From NCBI GenBank assembly GCA_000934665.2, contig KZ537965.1:186001-250000 (forward strand): a stretch of 64,000 nt of DNA. Reading direction: 5' to 3'. Shown here in pieces: positions 35,307-48,900 of this stretch. The notes beneath the pieces were generated by a model. The model searched no databases and was not told where the DNA came from. It saw only the letters and a program-made list of their open reading frames with translations. Position numbers and translations under genes: made by a program. How positions within the stretch are numbered: position 1 is the first letter of the stretch; each line of letters begins with the position of its first letter. The stretch comes from Catajapyx aquilonaris. Taxonomy: Eukaryota.

Positions 35307-38300
35307 GTTATACGTTGTTGACTATAGTGCGAGTACAGTATGTGAATATTATCATTTGAGACGACCTTTCAGCTTTTGGCGTGCATGTTACTGTAGTAGT
35401 ATTGCGCATTTGGTGGGAGGATTTCGTGCCGATAGAAGGGTGCTACAGAGTGGTGTAATTGCGATGGCGCCTGTAGTCTCACAGAGGCGCCATACTGTAA
35501 ATAAAATCGCAAGGCATCAGGAACGTTGTGGGATTTCGGAAGTGGATTAAAACATATTACAAGACCTTGTTAGCACAATCAATATTGGTTATCAACAGCA
35601 TGTGATTTGTACCCAAAAAAAATTGATCACGTGCATTGCGGATGCTCTACATTTGTACAATACGTAATCGAGAGTCACTTTGAAGGCGCTGAAGTGCGCC
35701 TTTATCTGTGGTCCTTGTTTACCAACAAGGAAATGGACTTTGGAATCTCAAGTTAATCATTGGTTAGATGGGGATAATCGGTTGAAAGGGAACATAGGGA
35801 CCGGCCAGGAAACGACCTTGATTTCCTATCAGTCTTGGCTCGTGCTGATGACATTAAACGCAGGCTGTTCAGATTGGAACGCATTACTCTGGTTATGCCA
35901 CAATCATGTCATTAACGACAAATATTTTGTTTAAAAAATGGGTCAGATCACATGAGTCGAATTACATCACAACAAAACCGTCTGCAAAACTTGGTATTCA
36001 GTCTGGTGAAGCATGGAGACCCATATATTCAGCCTATACATCCTATCACATGATGATGTGTGTGTATATATCTACGCTGTGACCCAAAAAATCTCATGTT
36101 GTTACCCACACCACGACTAGTGTTCGTGTTGAGGCTTCACGTGTGGCAAAAATTCCATCTCTATATCGTGTCTGTCCCACCTACCTACATCCCAGAGTTA
36201 ACCTTCTCCTGAAAAAAAGTAAAATGTGGCAATAAAGTTGCTAGTTCGAAGACTTAAGGATACCCGAATTCCTTATTATTTTGCTATTCACTACAGGATC
36301 ACCCAGTGCACATTCCTAAATAGGAAGCTCCAGGAAAAATCCTTCCTTTTGTTAGGCCCATCCATCACAAACAGGCGAGCCAACACACACATCCAGATCT
36401 AGTGATCAATGGCGCCCTATTCTAACTCGCATGATGGTCGGAGGAGGCTTACACAAGAACCGGAAACCGGCAATTATTTTTTCTTCCACTCATGTGGGAA
36501 CGTCAGGCTTCCTCCTCTTCTTATAATGGACGCTCCAGGACGAAGAAGAAGTAAGCGGAAGTGTCGGTAAGTTAGCCGAAAAAAGACTGACAGCCTGGGG
36601 GACGATTATTCTATATAAGTGGGCCGTCTCTTTGACAGACATGTCGCAAGAATAAGAGAGAACTTTTGGTGGTGGTGGTTGGTAGTGGTGGGGGGTTTTT
36701 GTATGAGGAGGATCCCCGAGCCTTGCGATGCGGCTAATTCAGGAAGGAACTTCCTTCGAAAAAGGCGTGACAGACAGCACGGAACGCTCATTTTGTACTC
36801 GCATTCAATATTTTTCTGGGGGGGTGTGTGATTAATAGTCTCGTGGCACACAACATGAAGGGCGATGAAATTTTCTTAGACATTGTATAGTGTGCAGACA
36901 TCGTTGCTGTGATAATATGGGAGTGCGAATATTGCGACACTTGCTGCACTTGGAGGCTAATTAGCACCATTATATTTTAAGCATCTGTTTTTCTTTATTT
37001 AAATTAGTGGTGTAAATCATGCGGCGCTTATAGGTGTGCGGTTGTCAAAAGCGTTGAAGCAACAATTTCTTAATGACTTGGCAACTTCATCAGTAAGGTT
37101 GTGTGGGGAAATGCCTTTTATCGCGAGGAAGCCATCAATGCATAAACTCATTACAGGGGATATACTGTACTCAATAAATTGTCGAAGAAGCCCTTTCTAC
37201 ACTGTTTTTGTTCATTTGTGTTTTGATGCTGCAACTTGCAGCTTGGCATGAATTTAGAAAACCGGCCTTGTTTATTAAATTTAAGCGAAAATCAATATTA
37301 CAATAAAATCCTAATGAGGAATTGATCGTTTATACAGTGTGGTACACTGCCGGCTTTTTGACGCCTCAAAATATGGGAAGAAACTGATGGATGACTTGCT
37401 CCAGTCGCGCGTGCGCATTCCCATTGGCTCAGGGGTGCGCATGTGCGATTGGAGTAAATAATCCATCAGCCATGGTGCCACTCTGTATATCTTGTTGTCC
37501 ACACAATTTGATTTAATTGCTGATGACGAATCCGGGCCAACCAAAAAGTGTGTCTGTGATGTGCACTGTAATTGTCACTACAATGACCATGCTCTAATCG
37601 GCTTGGATCCAATGGTAATCGATTGTTAATATTTAACAAGCTGTCAGAAGAATGTGTCCTTTGGACAAGGACGGCAGCGTGACGCCATTCAGTCATGATT
37701 CACAGAGAGAAAAAGGTCACATCACGTGCCGGAAAATGGACAGAATTTGTGTTTCACTTGGAATCATCAGCACGAGTCTGAGGCCAAGCATACATCACTG
37801 TTCACGAGATGAGTGAATGGTTTGTCACCTGATCCGTTGAATCATAACTAAGACGAGTTTAGCCTTTCTAATGTGTTGTGCTTGGCAAGTCACATGAAGT
37901 TGGGAAAGGTCATGTAAGGTACGACGTCACTTTGTAGTTGCACAAGCGCTAACAAAATGCAAATGAATAAGTAGCTGTGTGGCAGCAGAGTCTTATGCTA
38001 ATTGCATTACTTCAGGGCTACTTCCGCTGTGTGATGTCATTGCTGACATGCTGCAGCACTAATGGATTAGGCTTTACCGTGAGGTACAGTACGCCACAGA
38101 GTAACCACCGCACATAAGAGAGTTTATGCAGAAAATGCCAAATACGCTCGTTGAAAATAATTATTTGACACATTACTCTCAATGTGTGTTGAAGGTGTAC
38201 TCAGATCTTCTGGGGAGAAAAACAAAACGTCCATGGGCCCAAAAATATCGGTGCGAAATTTTGCAAACTGCTGGCTGGAAAACCATGGGACCGTCCTTTG

Positions 38301-39573
38301 TTCTAAATGCAGAATTTTGCAGTGGACTAGGACCCAGGGTAGCGCTCTGTGTAGTGCACTTTAAACCGCGCACAAGCGTTCATAAGCCTACTGAGAATTA
38401 ATTAACGTTGTTGATACTGGGCATTTTATTGAAGGGGGGGACAGTCAAACAAGTAGGAGAGAGAATGAAATTTCCATGCGAAAAACCTATATTCCAATTG
38501 CCTCTAAAAACGAGTTTGACGCCTATGAAAAGTAGCTGTTATTTTTTCCTGTGCAAGGGGAAAATGTGGAACGTGGCCGATAAACTGACATTCCTGCCCT
38601 TTGAAACGATGACGACAAAAATCACGAGTCTCTTTTTCCCAGGAAGTCTAAAACGCGTATATAAACAAATGTTATCAAAAAAACAGGCTTCCGTTATAAT
38701 ATATACGTAGGGGGGGATGTGGTCAAACGATAAGCTCGTGGGATTCCTGAAAATCACGAGAATTTTCTGGATACGACAGGTCAACACCACCAGTTGGATA
38801 AACAGAAAATGTAGACTATGTTTGTTTCCCGAACTTTCACAAGAGTGTGTATCACTCAAGGACTCGTATAACGGGGCGTTGCATTTAAAAAATCCTACGC
38901 GCTTTGTACAGTCTTTGTTGTGCTATCAGTTTGTACCAACTGCACTTTATATAAGTATCGAAACGATACATTTTTTTTGGTCCTAAGAACAAAAAGATTT
39001 GTGCGCTCAAAATAATCCCGTGGTTGTTATTTAAAACCGGCGATATGAAACTGCAATATTACAGCATACAGTGTGTGGTGCTATTTTAAATAATTATATC
39101 AAACGCGATACCCCTCAGCCTGGGTCATGTGAAATGCAACAATTAATTACAGGGCGTAGCGATATCGTTATACTGGGTGCCAAGGCCATCGTTATTGCAA
39201 TACATAGTTTGTTGGCCTAAGGGGGGGGGATGTCAAACCCGTTAGTTCATCTTTGTTTACAAGTGTGCCGCAATTGTTGTGCTCTTGTCATGCACGTCGT
39301 ATACGGTTGGCTTTTTTTAAAATTGGATCCCCTCTTTTCACGAAATAATTAGAGCTCTTCCGGAATTGACCTGCCGCATTGTCGTAACCACTAAAAAAGG
39401 TCAGTTATATATTGGTGGAGCAGCGAATCAAGACAATTGGTGATTTCCTTGATATTCTTGTTCCGTACCCGTCTTTCAGGATCCGGTTCCGAAATGCACT
39501 GAACCGGATCACCAACCGCGCTAATTGCTCCCGTCTCACAGAGAATTATTTACGTCCTCGTGCTATCGACATA

Positions 39574-39667
39574 CAGGGTGAGTCAAAAACCGCTAGACAT
39601 TTCTCGCACCTCTACATGTTAGACTTATAATGAACCAATAATTGGCATGCAATTCTGACTCACCCTG
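39574..39667. mobile_element. Tc1/mariner-type MITE, 94 bp
   Basis: TA|CAGGGTGAGTCA ... TGACTCACCCTG|CA: 12-bp perfect TIR, TA on the left and a probably mutated TA on the right. Confidence 0.65.
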
Positions 39668-42100
39668 CATACCGGGAAACATAACGTATTCCGAGGACAC
39701 GGTGACCATCAGCGAACCAAATTGACATCGAGGTTACACCACCCACGTACACTGACATCCTGGGGGTGGAACCAACCAGTGCTTTTTGGCCTTTTGCGTC
39801 ATATTTGGATCGGATTAATTTTTCGCGTAGGTGCGTTCGACGTCGGTGGTTTATGAGACAACAGGGGGTAAAGGTGGCAATAAAGGTTCCTTCCTACGAA
39901 ATGTTCCTATTTTTGGTTGGAGATGGGGGAAAAAAAACTTGCGTCATTGGTCCAGGGTTGCGGATCTGTGTGGGTGTTTCAATGTCCGACAGTGGCTCAG
40001 TTTCGGATGCGCCCAATTCAATCGAGAGCTTAGTCCTGTCACCGTCTGACATTCGGTTCCATTAAAAGCGCGGAGATAAAGTTGTCAAATGTCAATAGCG
40101 AAAACCTGAACCCGTGAGTAGAGTGTAGGCCGCTTGGGGGAGGTCGAACGCTGCTATATATTTACACCAGCCTGCAGGGAAATCCAAAAAATTACGTCAG
40201 CAGGATTTATATCGAGATTGACCTGGGAATATGCTGGAGGGATCCTAAAGGTTATTAACATTCATTATCGCATAAATCTCAGGTGGCAAATATTTGTTTA
40301 GATTGGACGTTCCTAAACTAGTCACACCTTTTTTTTAAATATCACAAAAAAAAAAATCTTGGAGACGAATTGTCGAACAATTTTTGCACCCATCCCCACC
40401 CATTTAAAAAGACACTTCCTCATCATCCTATACACGCCCATTCGCCTCTCCCCAGCACTTCCTTTGAAGACGGAAGCAAAAGTGGTGCACAAGAACTTCC
40501 CAGCCTTTGAAGTCAGATCTCAGGGTCGCTCCTAAAAATAGTTTTTAATATTGAGGGAATATTTGATCGAGGACTCCCCCGCACCTATAGACTCTATAGA
40601 AAAAAAAGGAATGGTAGAAAATATTTCTACCCGTGTCTATTTGAACCATTTTTTTAAAGGGATTGAGGAGATATTCAGACGGATAAGTACGAAAAATAAA
40701 GTACGGAAGAGAAAAGAATTTCCGTAGCACGCGACGAAGTTTTGGGCATCGCATGATGTCTTCGTTTTTTTTTGAGGGTTGCAGATATTTTCAAAATAAG
40801 CTCAATAAACATGTCCCTTGTAGGGATGTAAATTTCGATTTTTATGACCCGGGCCAAAATGGTTCGGTGCTAATGTGTGTCTGGCGTCGCATGATTGCGC
40901 CCCTTACACAGGTGATTGTGCCCTATGATGAATTCTGTCAAGTGAGCAGGGGTCAATAAATTCTCCCTAACTAGAATGAGCTACTTGAAAGTACAAGCTT
41001 TTTATATACCATTCATACCAGGGGGAGCTCCGTAATTTCACAACAGCATACTATACACTAGCGGATTTGCAAGCGACGTCAGTCAGATTAGAGACGATGA
41101 CGGGCCTTGTGACAGCTTATCAGCACTTGTCAGGCAGGCAGTGTCGGCGGGGTCAAGTGTCACATGCTTTCAGTTGACTCACCCCTAATTATTGAGGAAG
41201 GGCCTCTACCGGATGTGCAAGGTCAAGGTTTTAAGTAATAACAAAAAAAATATATAATGTCTGGAACAAAGTTTGTGTGGCCTTCGGTAATAATTTCGGG
41301 TGTCCGATTTTGGCTCGTCCATAGTTGGAGAAGCGGTCTTGGCAACCCGTAGGAGGATCGGTTGTAGGCCGCTGTGTGTGTTGTCATCCAGCCAACCAAC
41401 CCAACAAAACCTGGGACACATCCACTCCTTACAAGGATACACCCAAAGCCTTGTCAATGGTTTCGTAACCTCCACACTAGTAGGTGGACAAAAATCGTGC
41501 ACGTTTCCGGTGACTCGCTTTCTCCGGGCTGTCACACACAGAGCTGCAAAATGTTGTAATGCTTTTTGCTTACTCTGATAGTATGAAATTAGAGGGGCGG
41601 TATGACTTAACATACGTGATAGCGTTGTGTAGAAAGTGAAGCTGGAATTTCAAAGGGCTTCACAATACCGTCCGCTGTGCGCAGTGTTGTGGTCTACTTA
41701 TTCCAGGCCAGGGGAATGGGGTCTAGGCTAAAATAAAAACAAGGCCCGGTACTCTGTTTGAATTTCAGCGACTATTAAAATGTACGTAGCCAATATTTGC
41801 TGGCTCGAGGTCATCTAATAGTACACGGATTAGACGCCCCAATGAAAACATCGCAAACGTGCAATAGCAGCCGGACTGTTATGTTTACCTTCTCAGGAAT
41901 GTCAGCATTTTCTTACGGTACTTTTTTTTTTTCTTCCAACCGTTCTTCCAGACTACGTACTGTTGGAAAAAGAAAAGAAAATGGGCTTGGTACACATTCC
42001 AGCCAGAGGCTCTTTTTATAGAGAGTAGGTGGGAATGTGCACAGGAAACGGTGCAGTATATCTGGGGGAATAGTTTCGAGTGTTAACGATAAGATGGCTT

Positions 42101-42106
<6 letters not shown>

Positions 42107-42164
<58 letters not shown>
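42107..42164. repeat. (CT)n microsatellite, about 29 units
   Basis: Perfect dinucleotide run. Confidence 0.98.
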
Positions 42165-42167
<3 letters not shown>

Positions 42168-43373
42168 CTTTCTCGGCACCACCAGACGTGAGAGTGGGAG
42201 TGCCTCAAGTGGGACAAGAATTTCTACTGTGAATTAGACAGGAAGTGGGCAGACTATCTGGGCCTTTCTGGAGAAAAGATGCACAAACCTGTCTGCTGCT
42301 TCTAGAAGAAGAAGAAATCATGTACTTGCTGGGGCATTTCATACAAAATTAACATCATAGTGAACTAATTTTCAGCCCGTGAGAAGACTACACAGACCTA
42401 ACGGTCTGCTCCATAAAATTCCGTCCCGTTATAGCTGTTGGTTTATTCTCTCCGCGTTGGCACACACTGTTTCTGATCATTATTTACCAGCATGACAGCT
42501 CCGTCAGAATCGCTTTGACGACAATTAGATCGCGCGCGCAGTGTACGCGAGTGTCAACCCCTACCACGATTTACGGTGCTTTATACTGGTGCACCACATG
42601 TCAACCAGTGTCCTATTCATGCTGATCGATCCCATGTCCACTAAAGAAACAACCCAGTCACCCCGTTCTAAAAATATATTATTGTTGTCCACCCCCGACC
42701 TCGACACAAGGCTGTCGAAACACCTTGCAAAAGTCCGTCATTGACGTGACTACTCAGCCGGGCTGGCTGATATCAAACATTCCAATCCGGATGGCTGAGC
42801 AAGGTCGTTTTCGGCGTGTTTGTAAACAGCCGTGGCCTCCATGCACCGAACTTTCCCCATGGATGCCTCAGGAGGGCATCCCCTCTTCATCCGCTCTTTT
42901 TCTCATGCACATTCCCATTCCCATTGCTTGTTGCTGGCCTCCTCTTCTTCTTTTTCCCGCCTTCTTCCTCTTGGGGGGACCCTTCCCCTCCCACGCCCAC
43001 GCATCCTGCTCACATGTGAGCAGGATGGGAAATTTTTGTACAACACTCTTCGACCCTCTTCAGGAAGGGCACTTGTTTCTTTTTACTAATAATCCGGACC
43101 GGAGGAAGGAAGGCCATAAGGGTAGGAGGCGAACCGGAATCTACCACACTGGAACCGTTTCTCATTCGGCTTAACTACTTGGAAATTGAGTCATGAATTC
43201 TTGACATGTGACGCAACTTTTTTTCTGCAAAGGAATGCGGGGTGCAACGGTACTTGTAAATATTTGGAGAGAGAATAAGTAACGATAAGGATGCGATTAT
43301 GGCTATGAGTGTACGTAATTCTGCAAATTTAGAGCAATCCCGTCATTCCGTATAAACTAGTTCCTCCTCCCAC

Positions 43374-43443
43374 CCACCAGAGGCGCTGCCTCCCCCCATT
43401 GCGCAGGCGCATACCGGGGGCCCAATCGGAAGCGTCGCGCAAA
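43374..43443. promoter_or_regulatory. Orphan promoter-like motif cluster
   Basis: CCACCAGAGGCGCT (CTCF-like) at 43374, TGCGCAGGCGCA (NRF1/Ewg) at 43400, CCAAT at 43422, CGGAAG (ETS) at 43427 and CGCGCAAA (E2F-like) at 43436, all within 70 bp. Confidence 0.45.
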
Positions 43444-45729
43444 CAATATACAAAGGGCCAATAATAAGCCTCGAGTCATACAACGAAGGATTTTAATATC
43501 GTAGATGTGGCAAGGCGCTTACACATTTTACGGCCGTAATGTTGACAAATTCCGGGGTAGTAAACATTGCGCGAAATATATGTTATTTTGTGGCGGCTCC
43601 AGCCAGATGAAGGAAAGCGACTGGTTGCAACAGGTTACCATGTTTATTATGACTCGGGCCAGATTACTACTTGTAACGTTCGCATGATGTGTCCTACATA
43701 CCAGACGTTTTGTCTCGAGCTGCATACCGTTCTTTCTCTCTCAGCGATCCCCCTTCAGCAAAAGGCAAGCAGTGAAAACGGAAAAGTTGCGTTGTGGGCA
43801 AGGTTTCACCACCGATTCGCAATCAACGGGATTGTTTATCCAGGCCAAAGTGTTACAAAATGCTATCGCAAATGGGGAAGATCCGCCTGGCCTAATCTAC
43901 CTCTCTGACTTGATGGACCTAACGTAAGCGTCCCATGAAAGTTTTATGAACGGCGGTAAAGAGTGATTTTGTAACATTTATAGCGAATACTATTTGGGGG
44001 GAGTGTCCGGGACATGTATTGGGCGAATTTGCGGATATAAAACAGTACCAGGCTGCCACACTGTATGTTATGCAATGGGGTTTTTTTTTTTTGCTGAACT
44101 GTGGTCGGGAGGTAAATTATTATCATATATAAAAATCAGACTAATTGTGCTAATTCGCATACGCAAGCAGGCTATTCATCAGTATAAAGGAATATAGGCA
44201 TTATCCCACATTATAGTTTAGTTCTGTTTCCGGCAGGGCTTTATAAAACCATGCAACACAGTCCATGACGCATGTACACAGGAATAATATTCCTGTGCGC
44301 CCATTTGTAAATGCAGTGGCCCTCATTCATCTTTATTACAAAGCACGCGGAAGTGGCTAGAGGCCTATTACATGTTCAAACTTGACGTAGGAGTTGGGAA
44401 TAGGTCATTAATACTCTAGCCCCCAAAAGATCAAAGTAATATGAATTCCTATAGACTGCTGTATATACACCGGAGATTCTTTGCATGCAAGGGTTTTTCC
44501 AGGTAAAAATTTATGTGTGTCACGCCGAGATTTGTATGGCCCTAAATATTTTTTTTGATTGATCATTAATGTGATTGCCATACAGTAAAATATACAAAAA
44601 CTAGTTAGGCATGCTGTTGGCTATGTATCGACCTAATTCTCACCCCACAGGATGAGTCTAAATGCGCTCAAGGGTTACATGAGTTGGACCTCCCATGGAG
44701 GAAGTATGTACAGTATGTGCACTACATGTTTTTCCTGTTATGGGGCCTGAGCCTGATTCATATCTGTTTGATGCATGCCGCGGAGGTTGTACTCATCTTG
44801 CCTACCACCACAGCATGAATGGTTCGGTTGCGTAAGTTACGAGCATGCATGCTATGAGGCCAGCACCAAATAAGGATACATTTTTATGCTCGGTCCAACC
44901 TCGCTCATAAGCACGTGCAAGTGCAATTGTTGCACTCTTTTTTTAAAAAAAGAAACACGTGTAATAACTGCATACACTAGAGGGGCCAACTCACGTATAT
45001 GCGTGACACTATGACTAAGAGCCGGACGTGGCTATTAATAGCAGGTGGCCATAAATAACCTCTTTTTAATAGCAACCGCCCCGCAAGTTACATTTTTTTT
45101 TGCGAACGTTGTAAATATTTTGGGTCGTGATGTCATCCTGCAGCAGCAGGTGAGACAACCTTTTTGCGAAGTTTGGTCTCCATTCCTGGGATGACTCAGC
45201 CCGTATCCTCCCACACACATAGCGGTACTTTCCCTCCACTACCATTTTCATTGACGACCTTCCCAATCGTGACGTAGGTTGTCCCACTTGTTATTATTGC
45301 GGGGGAAGTAAATTTTCAGCTGAGTACGTGGCCTTCGCGGATTACCTGCCTGCGTCCTAGTCCTAATATGAATGGCCTCTCAAGATGTGGGCCATTTCGA
45401 AACGGATGCACCTGAGGACTTGGAAGAGGTTCCTCCAGGCCCCTGCCTTTGCCAACAATGTATGGGACACGTACCTGTCAACGGGGTCTGCTATCAAGGG
45501 AGAGGACGCCCACTAAGAAAATTATTTCCCGAATTTTAATTGCTGAGAGGTGTCCCATCGAGTCTATTTAAAGAAAATACTGACAGGACGTGCCGGGATA
45601 TTTATTTTTGGTGCGTATATATTCCTTGACATCCGGTGCAGAAGAGCCAGGGACATGCTGCATAATAAATGAAGTAGTTGACAACTAAATAAATCGCATC
45701 CGGATTAGAGTACAGCGACCTGAAAAATT

Positions 45730-45972
45730 GGACAGTGTTATGCAATAATGTGTCAACCCAGAAAACTCTCAAAATGGCGTTAAACCCAGGAACATATACC
45801 AAAAGGATGGTACTTCATTCAGTTAAAATCAAGCTGGCGAAATCTGCATACCGTACTTCTGCCATAAATAACCGAAAATGACACTGAATTAATTTCACAA
45901 GTGTGACGTTCAAAGTCCTTTTCCTAAAAACTGCTCTCGTGTGGGTTGACTCATTATTGCATAACACCGTCC
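45730..45972. mobile_element. MITE with 31-bp TIRs and AATT target duplication, Sola-like, 243 bp
   Basis: AATT|GGACAGTGTTATGCAATAATGTGTCAACCCA ... TGGGTTGACTCATTATTGCATAACACCGTCC|AATT; 2 mismatches in 31 bp. Confidence 0.88.
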
Positions 45973-48900
45973 AATTATACAAGGAAAATTGTCATTTAAA
46001 TTTAGGAAAAAAGCTGGTCACAATGACATGTCACAATAAATGTAAAGATGACGTCATATTTGGACAATGTTCGCATCAGGGCAATTTAAAGCTCCAAAAA
46101 ATTGTATCGAATAAAGCTGGAATTAGCCCGGCATTCATGGGAATAATATTAGTTCAATAACACGTTAATTGCCCCAACTGACCTTCGCTTGTCTGGAAAA
46201 CCCCGTGGTTTTAATTGGTCTTGATCAGCCCCATTTAACTGTACAAGACCTGTGAATGGACCCTAGAGGACTGGCACATGAATGGAACACATTGAAATTG
46301 ACGTGGAAATCTTGAAAAGCTTGAATAGATATGAATCACTTTTGGGAAGTTCCCCTTGAGCTATATCCAGAGGGGGGGAAAGGCTTTTCTCTTCATCCTG
46401 AGGGAGAGAAAAAGGATAAGGGGAGAAGAGTAGGAAGAGGGACCTTATTGTTAGAAAAGAGAGACGAAAAAAAAGGCGTGACATCAAAATGAAGAGGTTC
46501 AAAACGGAAAGAAATGTGGGCGGAAGTGATGAATTATGCAGCACCCCCGACTTTGACTCCTACAAAAAAAATAACAATGTAACTCCTACACCAGCACCGG
46601 AACTGTGCGTCATCTGACCTTTGACCTCCCCACGCCCACTAAAAATATCCAACAGCTTCCGGACCACCTCCAGATATTTCCCAGATTAAAATCAACCCGA
46701 GCCCAGGTATATAGTTGTTTACAAAACCTAGGCTGTGAAAAGCATTGTAAAGGCTTTTCAGAGTTTACATGAAGTTCCCTCAGCATCTTCAATCCAGGTT
46801 TTGAAAGCCTCTGTGCGACAGGTCTGGAGAGGAAGCGTTAATCTTCCCTCTGGGCATGGCTTCTTGTCTAAGACGGTCATAAACAGCTGATTCCAGCCAA
46901 GATCAATATGAAAGCCAGCTTTTGGGGGGGGCTGGAGGAAAAGCTAATTGTTCCAGATTGAGGCCACCTCTTCATGAGTGAAATTTGCGCCTCGAGGCCC
47001 TGGACATTTTTTAAATAAGTTAAAACCTATGTGTATAGTCCTGATGCGAAAATATCTATTTTTGGAGAGGTCGGTTATTACTACTAGTTGGTTTGAAAAA
47101 AAAAGTGGGTTTTAGGAAAAGTGATCCGTTCGTCACGAGTTCTAGTTACACACGACTGGGGTATAGGGGGAGGAGAGAAAACAGTTACGTCATGGCTTGG
47201 GAATGCGTCGTTGCTATGCGGAAAGGGAGCGTTTGTTTCCACGCTCTGAACCGCTCAGATTTTCTCTGCAGACTCAACAGAATAAACTTAGTTCTTGTTA
47301 AAATAAATTTTTGTTTAAAAAAAAATACAACCCTTAATACATATAATCGGGAGGTCGCCCAGCTGGCGGGGAATTCAATGCATTCAAATGAATGGCAGGG
47401 CCAAATACCATGGGCACCGTGACATTGATATGGGGAGGGGAATGTGGTGCATGTGATAAGGGAACCTGTTATTCGTAGCGGAGTTAGGGTGGTATTATTT
47501 TTGAGGACAGTTGAGGGCCAGGTTACATCGACTAGTAGTAACATAGTGGCTGGAGGAGGAATAATTCCCATAAAATATTGGAGAGTACAATAGTGAAGGG
47601 AAATTGTAGGCATTATGGTAGCAGTTGGAGTAGAATTCGTCTCAATAAGCATTGTTGAACCAAACTGAAAATCAACAGTTTAAAACACCATTGCATAAAT
47701 CATTAGACATGCCTAGAAACCTTGAAGGTCTTCCTAGAATAGTACTTTCTTAGATACGCGTAAATATAGAAACTGCAGACGGATATTGCTGGTACATGCA
47801 ATTTCGCAAGAAGAATAATAAAAAAAACGGTTACTCTCTAATTTTTGCAGTTACGCAATTTCTAGCGAACCTGCTCCCTGCTGATGAGTCACGTTCTTTT
47901 TCTTTTCGCGGCGAGTGCATCCCGGAAGGAATGCACAGTTACTCCTGACCTCGATGTTCCAAAGCTGCGGGCAATTATTGGTAAACAGCCAATTATGGAG
48001 CAGCGTTTGTGTACTGTTACTATGTAGTAAACTTATACTGCACAGTGCCTGCAGGCGCCAATTGGCAAAATATTTAGCGGTTCAATTAGAAATTTGTTTA
48101 TTATTATTACACATGGCACGATGCACGCTCGGTACGTGTGTATAATAATGCAACGTCCCACTTTCACCTGGTGATGCTCGAGTATTCTTGGAATGTGAAC
48201 CGTTCCCCTATTTGCTCACAATACGTTATGAATGTAAGCGGGACACACACATTCGCTCGGCTAAATGAAACAGCAGGATATGTACGGCATTGGATTGACA
48301 GAAAGGATTCCGTAATGCCATTTAGGACGTGACTTTGTGCGTCAGGGGGAGTCCCTGCCGTCAGATCGCATCATAGTCCATGTCGTGCCATAGCAAAAAC
48401 ACGTTACAATACATTGTATTTTCATGATCATGTGAATCTTCACCTGACCCCTTCAGTACAATGATATCACATGATGGGGCCTCCTATATCAGTGTCATTT
48501 ATCACTCTTGTTACGCGTGTACTGCGGTAAATGGGGTCAATAAGTAGGTCACCTACAGGGGGGTGAGTTTACAATAATATTGCATCATGCCGACTGTGAA
48601 TATGTGGCCATATGCAATGTGAAAGTTGAGGTAGGTTCTTACGATTCAAGGCAGTAAAAGTGAGGTGTTTCAGACCTTTAGGCCAAACAGGGAAACAATG
48701 GGAAACGCAAAAAAAAGAAGGTTGCAAGCCGCAATAACAATAACCGTGACGCTTACTATTCAAATTGTAATTTAATAACTTAAAAACCTAAGGTTTGCAG
48801 TCCAAATTGTTACGCACAGGACTGCAACATTGAGCGATATTTAATATTTGTTTAAATATCCAGGTTGTTTCTACGATGGTTTTCAACAGGCGATTTTTCC

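Noticed and set aside
35110..35550. 146-aa ORF with poly-Ile
   Set aside because: Produced by the (TAT)n microsatellite.
41913..42237. RE-repeat and SL-repeat ORFs
   Set aside because: Produced by the (CT)n microsatellite.
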